From Vicugna vicugna (lineage: Eukaryota): a DNA stretch of 64,000 nt. The DNA is taken from assembly GCA_013265495.1 (NCBI GenBank), contig MU058636.1, forward strand, positions 6,421,741 through 6,485,740, in the 5' to 3' direction. A program made the translations under genes and the position numbers. Numbering within the stretch: the first letter of the stretch is position 1; each line of letters opens with the position of its first letter. The notes under the pieces are model-generated. The model worked only from the letters and a program-made list of their open reading frames with translations, did not search any database and was not told the DNA's origin. Positions 62,481 through 64,000 of the stretch are shown here, one piece after another.

Positions 62481-63194
62481 TATTAAGTTGTGACAACTCT
62501 CCATTAATTTTGAAGCAACAAAATAGTACCCAATAAATCTTCAACAAATTAATAGACAAATAAATGTATTTCAGAGCAAAGGAGGCACAGTGTTGGTAGT
62601 GGGGCAGTGGACCATCAAAAGAGAGTTTGAAAAGCAGAATAGCACTCAAGCAGCTTTTCAGGCACTCTCATAAGTAATTTTTGGTATCTCTTGCTCTCTT
62701 TCTTCACCAGTTCCTTCCAAGTGATTGCAATTTTTTTTTTCAGCCCTTGGTTCTTGCCATGATCTTGTGCTTTTATTTAAAACTCCTTTCTGATACCAGA
62801 TACCTGAAAAACATTCAACTATTGGCTTTCCTCCCATTTTACTGTACTTGGCTCAAATGTTCTCCCTACAACCAATCCAAGAATTCTTAAATCTCTATGA
62901 GTGAACAAATATTTATTTTTCACTTTATATGAGCTAGGGATTGCAAGATTAAAAAAAAGACAAATTCTGTGGTTTTATGAAGCATATGTTCTAGTGGTGA
63001 AAACAAGGAATATACAGAAACAAACAAAAAATTAATACTATAATTCCAGGTACACTTTCTAAATTCTTTGCAATACATCCTTCTCCAGGATGAGCTGTGA
63101 CTGCACTTGGAAAGTACAAAACTTTAAATATTGGCTAAGTCTACTCAAATATATCTACATTCATGTTTTATTTTACACCATTATCAGCTTCTTG

Positions 63195-64000
63195 AAAAAA
63201 GCAAAGAACAAATAAACAGTAAAAGAAAAACAAATAGTAAGATAACAAGTTTAAACCTAATTATATCAATAATCATATTAAATGTAAAATGCCTAACTTC
63301 CCACAGTTAAAGGGCAGAGATTATGTATGTTGCTGATAAGAAATGTACTTTAAATGTTAAGATGCAAATAGGTAAAAAATGGAAAAAGAAATAGCATGCT
63401 AATTCTAATCAAAAAGAAAGCTGAAGTGACTATGTTAATGTCAGTTACTATTCTCTTTTTCAGAGATGAGAGTTTTATCAGAGATAAATAAGGTCATCTT
63501 AAAATGTTAAAGCAATCGATCTACATGAGGATGGAATAACTCAAACATTTATGCATCTAATAACAAAATTTCAAGATACATGTAGAAAAACTGATAAAAA
63601 TTCAAGGAGAAATTCACAATTATAATCAGAGATTTCAATACCTTTCTGTCAATAACTGAGAACAAGGAGGCAGAAAATTACATCATTAACCAACTGGCCT
63701 AATTAATATATTTAGAATACATCACTCAGTAGAATACACATTCTTTTCAAGTGCATTTGGAAGTTTACCAAGATAGACCAAATTCTGGACGTTAAAACAA
63801 GTTATCAGTAAATTCAAATTACCCAAGTCACACAAAGTATGTTCTCTGGCTAAAATGGAATAAAATTAGAAATCAATAACAGAAGTATCTCTAGAATATT
63901 CCAAGTATTTGGACACTAAAAAACACATTTCTAAATAATCAAATGGTCAGAGAAGAAATCAAAAGGAAAAATTTGAAAGTATTTTTTTAACTGAACGGAA
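63195..64000 (+). mobile_element. Old L1 ORF2 endonuclease region (runs off right edge)
   Basis: atatcaataatcatattaaatgtaaa; aatcaaaaagaaagctgaagtgactatgttaatgtcag; agaatacacattcttttcaagtgca; tggaataaaattagaaatcaataac. Confidence 0.85.

Noticed and set aside
1..64000. tRNA, rRNA, snoRNA, CRISPR or prokaryotic systems
   Set aside because: None seen; the sequence is mammalian non-coding DNA

Overview
Mammalian genomic DNA, AT-rich and repeat-dense, with no recognisable protein-coding gene. It is probably cetartiodactyl and plausibly camelid: there is a cetartiodactyl-type L1 3' end, and I saw no Alu, B1, BovB, Bov-A, CHR, PRE-1 or CanSINE. A large fraction of the window is decayed transposable elements: L1, L2, MIR, MaLR/ERVL/ERV1 LTRs, and hAT and Tc2 DNA transposons. 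Family names come from recalled consensus sequences, not a database search, and repeat boundaries are approximate. The supplied ORFs are repeat remnants or chance ORFs. Most L1 fragments lie on the + strand and several non-coding exon-like segments lie on the - strand, which suggests a long intron or 5' UTR region of a minus-strand host gene, with a CpG-enriched segment at the left edge. A few plus-strand exon candidates may form an antisense transcript. Highlights: an apolipoprotein A-IV-like fragment inside an MLT2F LTR; a both-ends-intact L1 with two internal deletions, one removing the RT core at a microhomology; fossil Zaphod-like (hAT) and Kanga1-like (Tc2) transposases; a two-LTR MLT1F MaLR provirus; and an AP-1/E-box cluster. 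I found no convincing evidence of a wholly new biological system.
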